DNA of 64,000 bases from a phage. The position numbers were made by a program, and so were the translations under genes. Positions 27,805 through 36,574 of the stretch are shown here, in pieces. How positions within the stretch are numbered: position 1 is the first letter of the stretch; the number at the start of each line of letters is the position of its first letter. Under the pieces are notes generated by a model that worked only from the letters and a program-made list of their open reading frames with translations, made no database searches and had not been told where the DNA came from. The stretch is taken from sequence record PZ445527.1. One strand, written 5' to 3'.

Positions 27805-27881
27805 TGGCGCGACTGATGGGATTTGAACCCACATTCCCTCCCGTGATAGGGGAGTACCATTACCAAGCCAGCCACGGTCGC
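27805..27881 (-). tRNA. tRNA with unusual anticodon loop CTATCAC (anticodon AUC if folded conventionally)
   Basis: Acceptor 6/7 bp + CCA, T-arm GTGGG-TTCAAAT-CCCAT, anticodon stem CTCCC/GGGAG; A34 is atypical. Confidence 0.5.
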
Positions 27882-27890
27882 ATAATTTAT

Positions 27891-28076
27891 TTACTCAGCT
27901 TTGAGTTTTTCAATAGCTGCATTAAGTTCTTTAAGAAACTCTTTTCGTACATTAAGACGATTGAGACTTACTAGTATATCATGTTTAAGTTCTTCGATGT
28001 ATTTCTTCTCAACTTCAATATTGTTGATAGTGCTATCACGATGAACTTCTAGCTGCGCAATCACATTCTTGGACAT
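27891..28076 (-). CDS. hypothetical coiled-coil protein 61 aa
   Basis: ORF track. Confidence 0.4.
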   Translation of the reverse strand: MSKNVIAQLEVHRDSTINNIEVEKKYIEELKHDILVSLNRLNVRKEFLKELNAAIEKLKAE

Positions 28077-28178
28077 GCTTGTTTCCTCAGTTATTAATGA
28101 AAATGGTATCTGTGGCTGAATTAGATGTCAGCAATGATAGCTGGTTGGCTACCGGTTTACTTAACTCTACACAGAATT

Positions 28179-28260
28179 TGGCGGGCCGTGTAGGATTCGA
28201 ACCTACGTTGTCTTTCGACACGGATTAACAATCCGCCGCCAAACCGCTTGGCTAACGACC
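28179..28260 (-). tRNA. type II (long variable arm) tRNA with anticodon GUU
   Basis: 7-bp acceptor (one G-U), D-stem GCCA/TGGC, anticodon arm GCGGA-TTGTTAA-TCCGT, extra arm GTC-GAAA-GAC, T-arm GTAGG-TTCGAAT-CCTAC, CCA. Confidence 0.55.
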
Positions 28261-28416
28261 CTAAAAAATTTATATTGCTGACTAGGGTTTTCACCTAGAC
28301 GGAGTTAGCACCGTAGCGTGTAGCGGCATACCTCTCCAAACCGTGCCTCATCTTTCAATTACGGAGACAGTGTTCCTACGCGTGCCTGAATTGATTTAAC
28401 AATTCTTTCAGCAAAT

Positions 28417-28492
28417 TGGACGACCGCATGAGGATTGAACTCACATAAAAAGGATTTGCAATCCTTCGCCTAAGCCATTCAGCCAACGGTCG
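28417..28492 (-). tRNA. tRNA-Cys (anticodon GCA)
   Basis: 7-bp acceptor, anticodon stem AAGGA/TCCTT loop TTGCAAA, T-loop TTCAATC, CCA; 5' end overlaps stop of ORF 28479..28670. Confidence 0.65.
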
Positions 28493-28670
28493 ATTTATCT
28501 TGTTTTTCGAGATCTTCAAACTCTAAATCATTGAAGTTCCCTAGAGTACGGGTATAGAACCCATCCCCTGCGTCATAGCCTGATTTACCACAATCACACA
28601 TTTTAAATTCGCGCAGGTGTGTGAAAACATGTTCAGAACCACAACACTTAAATCTAACTAATCGTTTCAT
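28479..28670 (-). CDS. small zinc-finger-like protein 63 aa
   Basis: ORF track; CC...CDCGKSG. Confidence 0.4.
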   Translation of the reverse strand: MKRLVRFKCCGSEHVFTHLREFKMCDCGKSGYDAGDGFYTRTLGNFNDLEFEDLEKQDKSTVG

Positions 28671-28698
28671 TAGCTTCTCCAGTTCAATTTATGTAATT

Positions 28699-28727
28699 AT
28701 TATATAGAACTTTTGGGAACTAAGCAA
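28699..28727 (-). promoter_or_regulatory. sigma70 promoter (TTGCTT-17-TATAAT)
   Basis: Minus strand consensus. Confidence 0.65.
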
Positions 28728-29009
28728 CTACATTTTTTAAGAATTTGATGCCTTTCTTTTTCTTCTTATATTTCCACGTTAATGGATTCTGTCGATTATG
28801 AACGCTTGAGATCTTTGTCTCGTCAAAGTTCTTCAATATCATGTAATCACAAGATAATTGTTCTAGTGGAATGTGATCACCGTCAAAAGCGTATACATAA
28901 GGCTGTTGACTAGCACGATAATGATAGACTTTGTTAATTCTACGTTTCAGCGACTTATCCGCGCAGTAAATAAAGAAGTTTTAAGGGTGCATCAGCATCT
29001 CCTTCAATT

Positions 29010-29093
29010 TGGTGCATCGTGCTGGATTTGAACCACCAACCCCGAAGGGCACGGATTTACAGACCGCTGCAATAGCCATTCTGCCAACGATGC
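29010..29093 (-). tRNA. tRNA-Tyr (anticodon GUA), type II
   Basis: Perfect 7-bp acceptor, anticodon loop CTGTAAA, long variable arm (CCC-TTCG-GGG), T-loop TTCAAAT, CCA. Confidence 0.7.
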
Positions 29094-29221
29094 ACATTTA
29101 AAAGTATTCAAATACTAGTTTAAACACTTTTAAATATGTTTCCAAATTAGATAACTATTATACCAAGTTTTAAGGCACTGAGCAAGTCAGATTTTGAAGA
29201 ACTTGCTCAGTGCTGTATTAG

Positions 29222-29506
29222 TTAGTCGAACTTAGGAGTGACAGATAAGGAGAACGGAAGTTCAAAAACTTCTTCACCCTCATTACTAACGGTAACTACA
29301 CGACCTTTAAGTTCAGACATTAAAATATCAATATCAGCTTTTGCATCTGGAGCCATGCCAGCTTCAATACATTTAGCTTTAACTTCCGGTAAAAGCTCTA
29401 CGTTATAGAGATAGAGCCACTCAATCTCACCTTCCCAGTCTTCCCAGTCTTCCCAGGATTTGCAGATTGCACTTTCAATACCAGTTGCTACAACACGATT
29501 TTGCAT
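29222..29506 (-). CDS. hypothetical acidic protein 94 aa
   Basis: ORF track. Confidence 0.5.
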   Translation of the reverse strand: MQNRVVATGIESAICKSWEDWEDWEGEIEWLYLYNVELLPEVKAKCIEAGMAPDAKADIDILMSELKGRVVTVSNEGEEVFELPFSLSVTPKFD

Positions 29507-29596
29507 TCGTTAACTCCTTCATCAATTTATATAACTATTATACCAGAAATTTAAAGCAAAAGGCAAGTACATTTTTAAAAATTCTGTTTGGAGGAG

Positions 29597-29803
29597 CTAA
29601 ACTCCAGATTCTTCTGCCAAGTCTAGACTAATAAGAGTTATAGCCATAATTGCTGCACCGTGTTCTTTTTCTCCGGTGTTTTTAGCAGAGTCTATAATAT
29701 CCTTAATCTGTTCGTAATAACTTTTTACTTCTTGTTCAATGCCTGCCTCGGCTATCATGCCTTTAGTCATGAGTCGTTGCATGGTAATTTCAGTATTAGC
29801 CAT
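29597..29803 (-). CDS. hypothetical protein 68 aa
   Basis: ORF track; GGAG SD. Confidence 0.5.
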   Translation of the reverse strand: MANTEITMQRLMTKGMIAEAGIEQEVKSYYEQIKDIIDSAKNTGEKEHGAAIMAITLISLDLAEESGV

Positions 29804-29963
29804 GTTGTTTCTCCAGTTTCATTTTTAATAGTTTACAAATGAAATCAACGTCTTCATCCGTGCCTAGATCTCTATCTTCAAGGGTTGCCTTGAAATTTTT
29901 TGTTAGTTCCATAAGAATAACTTCCCTGGAACGACGTGTTGGCGGGGGTGGATGTCTATACAT
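29796..29963 (-). CDS. small proline-rich protein (55 aa)
   Basis: ATG with AAGGA SD, MYRHPPPPTRR...; below ORF track cut-off; overlaps next start by 8 nt. Confidence 0.4.
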   Translation of the reverse strand: MYRHPPPPTRRSREVILMELTKNFKATLEDRDLGTDEDVDFICKLLKMKLEKQHG

Positions 29964-29978
29964 CTTATTTCCTTAATT

Positions 29979-30053
29979 TGGTGGGTCGGAGGAGAATCTA
30001 ACTCCTACTCGTTAGCTTATGAGGCCACCGCTTTAACTTTAAGCTACCGACCC
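29979..30053 (-). tRNA. tRNA with CAU anticodon (Met or Ile-lysidine type) and atypical T-loop TTAGATT
   Basis: Perfect 7-bp acceptor GGGTCGG/CCGACCC, CCA, anticodon loop CTCATAA, T-stem AGGAG/CTCCT. Confidence 0.55.
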
Positions 30054-30059
30054 TATGTT

Positions 30060-30148
30060 TGGCGGAAGAAGTGGGAATCGAACCCACAAGGCTATATTTC
30101 AAACCGACAGATTAGCAATCTGCTGCAATACCGTTATGCTATTCTTCC
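30060..30148 (-). tRNA. tRNA-Ser (anticodon GCU), type II
   Basis: Perfect acceptor GGAAGAA/TTCTTCC, anticodon arm GCAGA-TTGCTAA-TCTGT, long variable arm, T-arm GTGGG-TTCGATT-CCCAC, CCA. Confidence 0.7.
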
Positions 30149-30162
30149 GAATTTATAAATAT

Positions 30163-30191
30163 ATTATATTAGAAATTTAGCTTCATAGCAA
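30163..30191 (-). promoter_or_regulatory. sigma70 promoter (TTGCTA-17-TATAAT) overlapping the 3' end of the upstream gene
   Basis: Minus strand consensus; would drive tRNAs 30148-29979. Confidence 0.6.
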
Positions 30192-30687
30192 GAAAATTTT
30201 TCAAGTTTTCGGTAGACATCTCATCCACATCTACAGGAGAAACAAATCCATTTAATTGTCTAGCAAATTTTTTACCAGCAGGATCATTATCCCCAACAGC
30301 TACCAATTTAAAAGGTAGTAATTTCAATTGCTTTAATAGCGCTTTTCCTGGAGAAGAACCCAACATTGCCAAGGCTGGATAACCAGCGTTATGTAACGCA
30401 ACTGCCTTAAATACAGATTCAGCAATCAATACCACTTTTTCATCTCCATTGAGAGTTTCTAGTCCCCATACACACTGTGTAGTAGAATAAGTAAAATATC
30501 TAGCTTCAAAGGGGCACTTACCATGACCTTTTGGAGCAGAAGGATTATAAGTCTGATAGCCTCTCAACATCCCAGAGAAGTCATACAATGGGACTGTTAG
30601 CCATCCTTCCGGGCTTAACCAGCAATGATATTTATCTGTATCAAACCCTCTAGATAAGAGATGTTCTGTTAGTTCATCAACAGTCAT
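30169..30687 (-). CDS. Toprim-domain protein 172 aa
   Basis: Conserved Glu (LIAESVF) and DxD (VGDNDPAGKK) spaced as in Toprim folds. Confidence 0.5.
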   Translation of the reverse strand: MTVDELTEHLLSRGFDTDKYHCWLSPEGWLTVPLYDFSGMLRGYQTYNPSAPKGHGKCPFEARYFTYSTTQCVWGLETLNGDEKVVLIAESVFKAVALHNAGYPALAMLGSSPGKALLKQLKLLPFKLVAVGDNDPAGKKFARQLNGFVSPVDVDEMSTENLKNFLAMKLNF

Positions 30688-30724
30688 ATTTGATCCCCTA
30701 GTTAGTTGTATAAATACATTATAC

Positions 30725-30758
30725 AGAAAAGCCCTGCGCTCTCCAGTGAACGCAGGGC
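30725..30758 (-). terminator. rho-independent terminator (gccctgcg...cgcagggc + U-tract)
   Basis: 8-bp GC stem followed by UUUU on minus strand, downstream of 30784..31731. Confidence 0.65.
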
Positions 30759-30783
30759 TTACTTCGAATATTACGTGTGGGTA

Positions 30784-31731
30784 TTACTTGTTACGCATAT
30801 CCATAATCATTTGGCCATCGTAACCAGTGCCAACCACAGTCTGCGGTACACCACCTTGATACTTCTGAGCACGAATCATTTCAACTTCTAGTTGCTTCCA
30901 GCGAATCATCTCAGGAGTAATGGTACGTTGCAGAGCGGCGTTAGCTTCAGCTTCTTTCTTAGCTGCGTACAGTTTAGCATCTGCATCACGTTCGTTTGCA
31001 ATAGCTTGGTTGTTACGAGCTTCACGATCTGCTTCTGCTTGTTTAACCTTCTGCTGTGCTTCTTGTTCAACACGAGCCAACTCAGCTTTCGCAGCATTAA
31101 CTTGTTCTTCACGAACTTTGGTATTCTGTACCTGTTCCATGATTACAGGCGGCAAAGTAATATCCTGAAGGAACACTTGCTTAACTGTGTAACCATAAGG
31201 GCGTGCATACTCTTCAACTTCCTGTTGAATTGCAGTTTGCAATTGAGCCTGAATTTTAGCATCAAACAAATCTTGTGCTTTAGGTACAGACTTACCAAAC
31301 TCACGAATAGTAGACAGTAATTTTTCAGTTACATACTTGTCTAGTGCCTGATCCTGAGTACCTGCATTAATACGGTTAATCGGTGCCTTAGAACCATCAA
31401 ACTGCAACATAACAGTCAGGTCAACAGTGGATTTAAACTTATCCTGACTAGGAACCTGAAGTTTATCTAATTTTACAGCAATATCTTTTGTACTGAAAGT
31501 ATCGAAAGATGCAAACGGGTTTACAATATGGAAACCAGGTAATACTGGATTAGGGTCTACTTTACCAAGAAATGTTTGGGTTTTAACCGTACCATCAGAA
31601 ACAATAGTATATGAATTAAAAGCTAGGATTAAACCTGCTAAACCAACTACAGCACCAATACCCCAACGTTTAATAGTACGGATTACTTTCTGCTCAGAAG
31701 TCAGTTCTTTCATATTTTTAGTAGCAAACAT
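30784..31731 (-). CDS. SPFH/band-7 (prohibitin/HflK-like) membrane protein 315 aa
   Basis: N-terminal TM helix, SPFH-like core, long Ala/Glu/Gln-rich coiled-coil C-terminus. Confidence 0.6.
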   Translation of the reverse strand: MFATKNMKELTSEQKVIRTIKRWGIGAVVGLAGLILAFNSYTIVSDGTVKTQTFLGKVDPNPVLPGFHIVNPFASFDTFSTKDIAVKLDKLQVPSQDKFKSTVDLTVMLQFDGSKAPINRINAGTQDQALDKYVTEKLLSTIREFGKSVPKAQDLFDAKIQAQLQTAIQQEVEEYARPYGYTVKQVFLQDITLPPVIMEQVQNTKVREEQVNAAKAELARVEQEAQQKVKQAEADREARNNQAIANERDADAKLYAAKKEAEANAALQRTITPEMIRWKQLEVEMIRAQKYQGGVPQTVVGTGYDGQMIMDMRNK

Positions 31732-31765
31732 ATATTTCCTTTGTTTTAGTTACAGTTAATAAAAT

Positions 31766-31839
31766 TGGCCGAGGTGACAGGATTCGAACCTGCATAAAGG
31801 AATTTAGAAGACTCCTGCCTCTCCCTTAGACTACACCCC
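31766..31839 (-). tRNA. tRNA-Arg (anticodon UCU)
   Basis: Acceptor 7 bp (one G-U), anticodon loop CTTCTAA, T-loop TTCGAAT, CCA. Confidence 0.6.
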
Positions 31840-32343
31840 GTTTAAGTATTTTTAAGAACTCTCGTAAAAACTCTTAAAAATACAGACGATACCGGGAGAG
31901 TCATAAGTCTCACTCATTAAGTATTTCAAGACAAAATACAGTAACGTCTATTATTTTCCAGTTTAAGTCAGGGTGACTTAGTGGTTATGTCCTGCGGTAT
32001 ATTGAGGACTCGGTTAGGCTTGGGGTCATGACTTCCCGCCTTTTGCTGCTACTCAACAGGAGTTATCGCGAATTACCTGTGCTATTGTGCACCATTAGTG
32101 ACATCTCTCATGCCAGCATTTCCCACTTTGTGGATAGCTTGAAAAACTACTCCGATACGGAGAAAGAACTTCACTATCCTAGAATACCTTCTAAAGTTCT
32201 TCTTTAGCCTGGACATAGTTAAATCGTAATAAAACTATTCAGCAGACCGGTTGGTTAGTCTGGAACCAACTACCGCGTGGTTTAGGCAGTGCGCAACTAA
32301 CCTCGGAAGCTTTTACGTTAAAAGCACCAGTTATCCAGTTCTT

Positions 32344-32416
32344 ACCGACCGTAGGATTCGAACCTACATCTTCCACCAGTTACGGCTTGATAATACCAAT
32401 TATACTAGGACGGCAG
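32344..32416 (-). ncRNA. tRNA-like sequence (canonical T-arm GTAGG-TTCGAAT-CCTAC, no CCA, anticodon arm not resolved)
   Basis: Hand fold incomplete. Confidence 0.35.
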
Positions 32417-32490
32417 TGTTACTACATAAGTGATTTCCACACCCCACTATTTATAAATTAGAAAAGAATTACTCTCTAATTTATGAATAT

Positions 32491-32519
32491 ATTATACAGA
32501 ATTTATAAGCATTTAGCAA
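32491..32519 (-). promoter_or_regulatory. sigma70 promoter (TTGCTA-17-TATAAT)
   Basis: Minus strand consensus; transcribes leftward into 32416-31766. Confidence 0.7.
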
Positions 32520-32527
32520 ATGAATTT

Positions 32528-32962
32528 TTAGAAAAACTCGCTAGCAATCAAGGCGGCTGTTTTACCATCATAACGCCCTGTAAACTCTGCCTTAATAGTT
32601 TTCATTAAGAGAGCTTTGGTAATACCTGGGTTTAGCTTAACCAATTCTGCAAAGTATTTACGAATTTCAGTTTCAGTTAACTGTTGCAGTGCATAATCAT
32701 GCTCTAAACGCGCTAAAAGATCTAAGTATTCAGCATCAGGGGTATAGTCAACATTCGATTTTTCAGCAGCAATCCGTGTATTCTCAATTGCTTTGAATTG
32801 TGATTTCAACCAGTTAGTAAACTCCAGCTCAGTTACGCAATCTTTATCAATACGTTGCAGGTCTCCTAGAACCGTACTTAGATGCTTAACTGATACAGCG
32901 TCACCACTTTTGCGAGCAGCTTCAATCAACTCTCGCAGTACATAAAGCATATTCATGCCCAT
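32528..32962 (-). CDS. hypothetical protein 144 aa
   Basis: ORF track. Confidence 0.55.
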   Translation of the reverse strand: MGMNMLYVLRELIEAARKSGDAVSVKHLSTVLGDLQRIDKDCVTELEFTNWLKSQFKAIENTRIAAEKSNVDYTPDAEYLDLLARLEHDYALQQLTETEIRKYFAELVKLNPGITKALLMKTIKAEFTGRYDGKTAALIASEFF

Positions 32963-33132
32963 TATTTCATCCCCAATGCTTGGTTGAAAGATTGTTCCGT
33001 CATAACTGCTGAGACTTTGGCGAAATCAAACTTTTTAGGGTTAGTAGTGATCTCAGCAACGTTGGAAGTTTTAACAGTTTTCGTAGTACGAATACCGCGA
33101 GTGTTAACACCAATGACGATCAAGTTTTTCAT
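32962..33132 (-). CDS. small protein (56 aa)
   Basis: ATG at 33132 with GAGAGGAAG SD; stop overlaps next start (TAATG); below ORF track cut-off. Confidence 0.5.
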   Translation of the reverse strand: MKNLIVIGVNTRGIRTTKTVKTSNVAEITTNPKKFDFAKVSAVMTEQSFNQALGMK

Positions 33133-33163
33133 ATTTCGCTTCCTCTCATTAATTTATGAAAGT

Positions 33164-33192
33164 ATTATACAGAAGTTTAAGTATTTAAGCAA
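33164..33192 (-). promoter_or_regulatory. sigma70 promoter (TTGCTT-17-TATAAT)
   Basis: Minus strand consensus. Confidence 0.7.
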
Positions 33193-33200
33193 ATAAATTT

Positions 33201-33650
33201 TTAAGTTTTAGTGACAACAGGCTTATAAAATGTATGTCCCTTAATCTTAGTTGTTTTCTTAAACTTCTTTGTCCAGTACGGTTTATCTTTACCACTATGG
33301 AAGTATAAAGCTCCATGTGTAGGATCTTGTGGTAAATCAACGTAGTATATCACTCTAGCTAAATTCTTGGCGGTTTTCCAAGCCTCATCGGTTTTATCAA
33401 CTTTTGGTCTCTTAGATACCCAAGAGAACTGGTTAGACTGATATACTACTTTACAGTAGGAATCTGGGAATTTACCGGAGTTTACACGGTTTTTAGTAAC
33501 ATGTGCAATCGCCGTCATTCCCTTTATGCCCTCACCACGACTTTCGAAATAGATATTTTTAGCAATGCAATCTATTTCTTTTGCATCGTGCGATGCCTGA
33601 CTACTAAAGCTGAAGGTAAGGGCAGCTACTAAAAGCAAAGCTGCCTTCAT
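33201..33650 (-). CDS. SleB-like cell wall hydrolase with signal peptide 149 aa
   Basis: Signal peptide MKAALLLVAALTFSFSSQA; hydrolase_2/SleB signature NIYFESRGE...AHVTKNRV...FP.SYC.VV.Q.NQFSW. Confidence 0.7.
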   Translation of the reverse strand: MKAALLLVAALTFSFSSQASHDAKEIDCIAKNIYFESRGEGIKGMTAIAHVTKNRVNSGKFPDSYCKVVYQSNQFSWVSKRPKVDKTDEAWKTAKNLARVIYYVDLPQDPTHGALYFHSGKDKPYWTKKFKKTTKIKGHTFYKPVVTKT

Positions 33651-33662
33651 TCTTTTTACTCC

Positions 33663-34484
33663 TTAAAATAGATCATATTCTAATCTATTGGGATTTTCTC
33701 GGTATCCATAAGACGTAAGAGTACCCCTCATATACTCTGCGTCAACAGGATTAGATGTTACTAGAACCACTTTTAGTGGTCTTTGACCTAAAAATAGTAT
33801 ATGATCTAATAAGTCTTTTCCTTGTACCTCTGGATCTCCTAAATCTGAGTCCATAAATAAATAGGATCCTGTGAAACTAAATATATCTGATAGTTCCAGC
33901 GCACCTATAACTGTACGACAAATAATGGACATTTCAGGTAGATCTCTAACATCGTCTATTAGAATATTGGTCTGCTTCCCAATTTCTGCATTACATAAAC
34001 CATTTACTAGTTTTTCTCTTTCCCCTTTAGCTTGTTCGAAAGTGGTGAAGCCAGGAGATACGAAAAACTTTCCACCTAATGTAATGCTATACACAAAACC
34101 CTCTGGGAGTAGTTCTACACCTACGGTTTTATTAGTATTAATCCTATTTAACTTAAAATTTGTCTCTCTTAGATTAATAATTCTGTTATCCCACGGTATA
34201 GTATTTATATGGTCGATCATATAAGGCGGCTCTTCACCATAATGGAGCAACCACGCTATTCGGTGTCCATAAATAATTGTGGGTTTATTATCTAAGAGCA
34301 AACTAACTCTGATGTACCCATCAGAGTTCTTACTACATATTTCTCTCCCAGCATATAGGGTGTGCCAAGTTTTATTCTTGTATTTATTAGGCTTATAAAA
34401 TAATTTACCGGTATAAGGATTATACTCTATAATTTCTCGAATATAATCTATATATGGTAGTATTTGTTTTTGTAATTTACCCAT
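33663..34484 (-). CDS. HNH endonuclease domain protein 273 aa
   Basis: N-terminal AP2-like segment and HNH motif (GHRIAWLLHYG...IDHINTIPWDNRIINLR). Confidence 0.6.
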   Translation of the reverse strand: MGKLQKQILPYIDYIREIIEYNPYTGKLFYKPNKYKNKTWHTLYAGREICSKNSDGYIRVSLLLDNKPTIIYGHRIAWLLHYGEEPPYMIDHINTIPWDNRIINLRETNFKLNRINTNKTVGVELLPEGFVYSITLGGKFFVSPGFTTFEQAKGEREKLVNGLCNAEIGKQTNILIDDVRDLPEMSIICRTVIGALELSDIFSFTGSYLFMDSDLGDPEVQGKDLLDHILFLGQRPLKVVLVTSNPVDAEYMRGTLTSYGYRENPNRLEYDLF

Positions 34485-34514
34485 AATAGCCTCGTTTCAT
34501 CAATTTAAAAATAT

Positions 34515-34543
34515 ATTATACAGATAACTTAGTAAATTAGCAA
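34515..34543 (-). promoter_or_regulatory. sigma70 promoter (TTGCTA-17-TATAAT)
   Basis: Minus strand consensus. Confidence 0.7.
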
Positions 34544-34926
34544 ATACATTTTTAAATTGTGAAACTAGTAAACCGATAAACAGCCTAGAGGCGCCACAGG
34601 CCATATCTTACGAGCCATGTACCTTTGATCTAGGGTTTGAATCATCAACGAATACTTTGCATCTTTTAGCTTTAGAAGTTTAGAAGTTTGAGTTCTTTAA
34701 ACTTTTCAGCTTTCATACTTAAATGTTGATCTTTGAAGTTGTGTCGGTAATATCAACGACGCTTTGTTTTTACGTGTCAGATTAAGTGTCTGATGTAATA
34801 AACATAATCTCCAATAGATTATACTTTATAGTATGGTCAGCGGTCTTATTTAACCTCGTATTTCAACCGCTGCTGCGAGGTAAGATGCTTGGGCTTTCGT
34901 CTACCGATTTACTAGCTTTTAAATTA

Positions 34927-35565
34927 TTACTCTACTTCAATGAAGGTAGAGGCGTTAGACTCGGACAGAACAAAGTCAACATTTGTTGCAAAGTCCTGAT
35001 ATTCCTCGTCATGCTGTTTAATCAGCTTCTCCAGCTCCAGCGGATCAATCAAGAATGGAGTATTCTTGAGTTCCAACAGGTTGAGCTGCATTTTAACTTC
35101 ATCTTCGGAAGTTTTCTTATCGCGGGTAGCCATGCTATCCTGCAAACGCTCATATTTAGCATCAAACTGTGCTTTCTGCGTATTAAACTTAACTGTAGCG
35201 GCATGGAACTGCTTACGCATGTTAGCCAGCAGCTGAGCTTTAAGCTCCATAGAACGCTTAGCTTCAATTGCTTCCGCAACAGTCATCTTACGAGAGCCAA
35301 TCTCAACGATTGTTTCCGCATTGCTTTTAATCAGAGCAGCTTTGATACGATCACGCTGGGACATCATATCCAGCAGAGACTGGAAATCAGTCTTAATACG
35401 GGTAGACAGATCAGCTACTTCGATTGCAGCGCCAACTACAACCTGGTTTTTATCCTTACCTTCACCAACAGCGATCAGAAGCTGTTGTTCAGTAGCTTTA
35501 CGGATTTTAGCTTCCAGAGATTTGATGGTTGCCAGAGCACGAGTTTTAGAAATACGAGTAGTCAT
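34927..35565 (-). CDS. hypothetical coiled-coil protein 212 aa
   Basis: ORF track; chosen over antisense plus ORF 34786..35598 on context. Confidence 0.55.
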   Translation of the reverse strand: MTTRISKTRALATIKSLEAKIRKATEQQLLIAVGEGKDKNQVVVGAAIEVADLSTRIKTDFQSLLDMMSQRDRIKAALIKSNAETIVEIGSRKMTVAEAIEAKRSMELKAQLLANMRKQFHAATVKFNTQKAQFDAKYERLQDSMATRDKKTSEDEVKMQLNLLELKNTPFLIDPLELEKLIKQHDEEYQDFATNVDFVLSESNASTFIEVE

Positions 35566-35618
35566 TATTTGCTTCCTTATATGAAGTTTGAGATTTGAAT
35601 TTGTTTAAAGTTGGTCTA

Positions 35619-35801
35619 TTACAGACCAATTGCCAGCAGAGTGCGTAGAACAGTATCGTTACTGTTATCAATTTTAGGATTAGCACGATTTAGCAGATCA
35701 AAGATCTTCTGGACACCTGATTGACGTTCAGCCATACGACGGCTACCCAGATTACGAGTAGCTTTCTTACCATTTTTACGAACATTTTTAGATACTGGCA
35801 T
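35619..35801 (-). CDS. small basic protein 60 aa
   Basis: ORF track. Confidence 0.45.
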   Translation of the reverse strand: MPVSKNVRKNGKKATRNLGSRRMAERQSGVQKIFDLLNRANPKIDNSNDTVLRTLLAIGL

Positions 35802-35872
35802 ATTTGTTTTCCTTTTATTGTTCTCTCAAATTTATGAATATATTATACAGAATTTTGGGGGCCGGAAGCAAA

Positions 35873-36574
35873 TCAAATTTTCATTTTTTCGATCATAGCT
35901 GCAACACAATAGCTCTCAACTAAGGCATCGAATGCTGGGTCATGTTTAACTGGGTAGATCCCATAACGAATGGTGTCCATCTTCTCCATTTTAGCTTTTG
36001 CCCAGCTAATCCCCTCTGCTTCTAGGTCTTTGTAGTTATAACCAGCCTGCATCCAGAGATTGCGGAGAGATCGAACATTACCCAAGTTCCAGAATTTCCA
36101 CGGAACTATTTCTTCATTGGTTCCAGCATGGAAAGTGTTTGCAGAGTAGATAGTCATATCAAACTCTGGGCCGTTGCCATAATACAAAGCATTCTCTCCT
36201 AGAGCCAACTCCATAATATTTTGAGCCATAGAGTAAGCAGCATAGTTAGAGCCGAGTTTATTAGTACAATGATGTTTACCGTTTTGGAATGCAATCAGCT
36301 TTGGATTACGTTCGTTCATAGCTTCCATAATGTGGAGAGCAGACGGACTATTTTTAGCTTGATCCATCCAGAATGCTAGAGTAGATGCTGTAACTTTAGC
36401 ACCAGAATTAAACTGATCTTGCACATCCAAAGTAACAAATACTAGATCAGGATCTTTATCAATTCCGTGCATAGCCACAAAAGCGAAAGAAGGCATTGCG
36501 ATATGAGTAGTACCACAATCTCCTGGAGTTCCTAGAGATTCAATATCTAGCATACCAAATGGTTTTACTTTCAT
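35873..36574 (-). CDS. DEDD-type 3'-5' exonuclease (T4 DexA-like) 233 aa
   Basis: N-terminal D-x-E motif (MLDIESLG), C-terminal H...D (HDPAFDAL). Confidence 0.55.
   Translation of the reverse strand: MKVKPFGMLDIESLGTPGDCGTTHIAMPSFAFVAMHGIDKDPDLVFVTLDVQDQFNSGAKVTASTLAFWMDQAKNSPSALHIMEAMNERNPKLIAFQNGKHHCTNKLGSNYAAYSMAQNIMELALGENALYYGNGPEFDMTIYSANTFHAGTNEEIVPWKFWNLGNVRSLRNLWMQAGYNYKDLEAEGISWAKAKMEKMDTIRYGIYPVKHDPAFDALVESYCVAAMIEKMKI

Noticed and set aside
30892-31320. Plus-strand ORFs 30892..31320 and 30920..31168 and minus ORF 30906..31112
   Set aside because: Antisense or out-of-frame inside the SPFH gene 30784..31731; Ala/Ser/Cys/Leu-rich artefacts of the coiled-coil coding region.
31840-32416. 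tmRNA (SsrA-like) hypothesis for the long spacer plus tRNA-like element
   Set aside because: The tRNA-like T-arm is at the 5' side of the transcript, not the 3' end; no tag-peptide reading frame with resume codon and no GGGGCUGA-type 5' end were seen.
24165-32520. tRNA cluster as a prophage integration (att) site or genomic island boundary
   Set aside because: The tRNAs are phage-encoded, arranged in promoter-driven operons with small phage ORFs, typical of T5-like lytic phages; no integrase or att-like direct repeats seen.
34786-35598. 270-aa plus-strand ORF
   Set aside because: Fully antisense to the minus-strand coiled-coil ORF 34927..35565, which fits the leftward block and has promoter and SD signals; the plus ORF is low-complexity (Leu/Phe/Ser-rich) as expected for an antisense frame.
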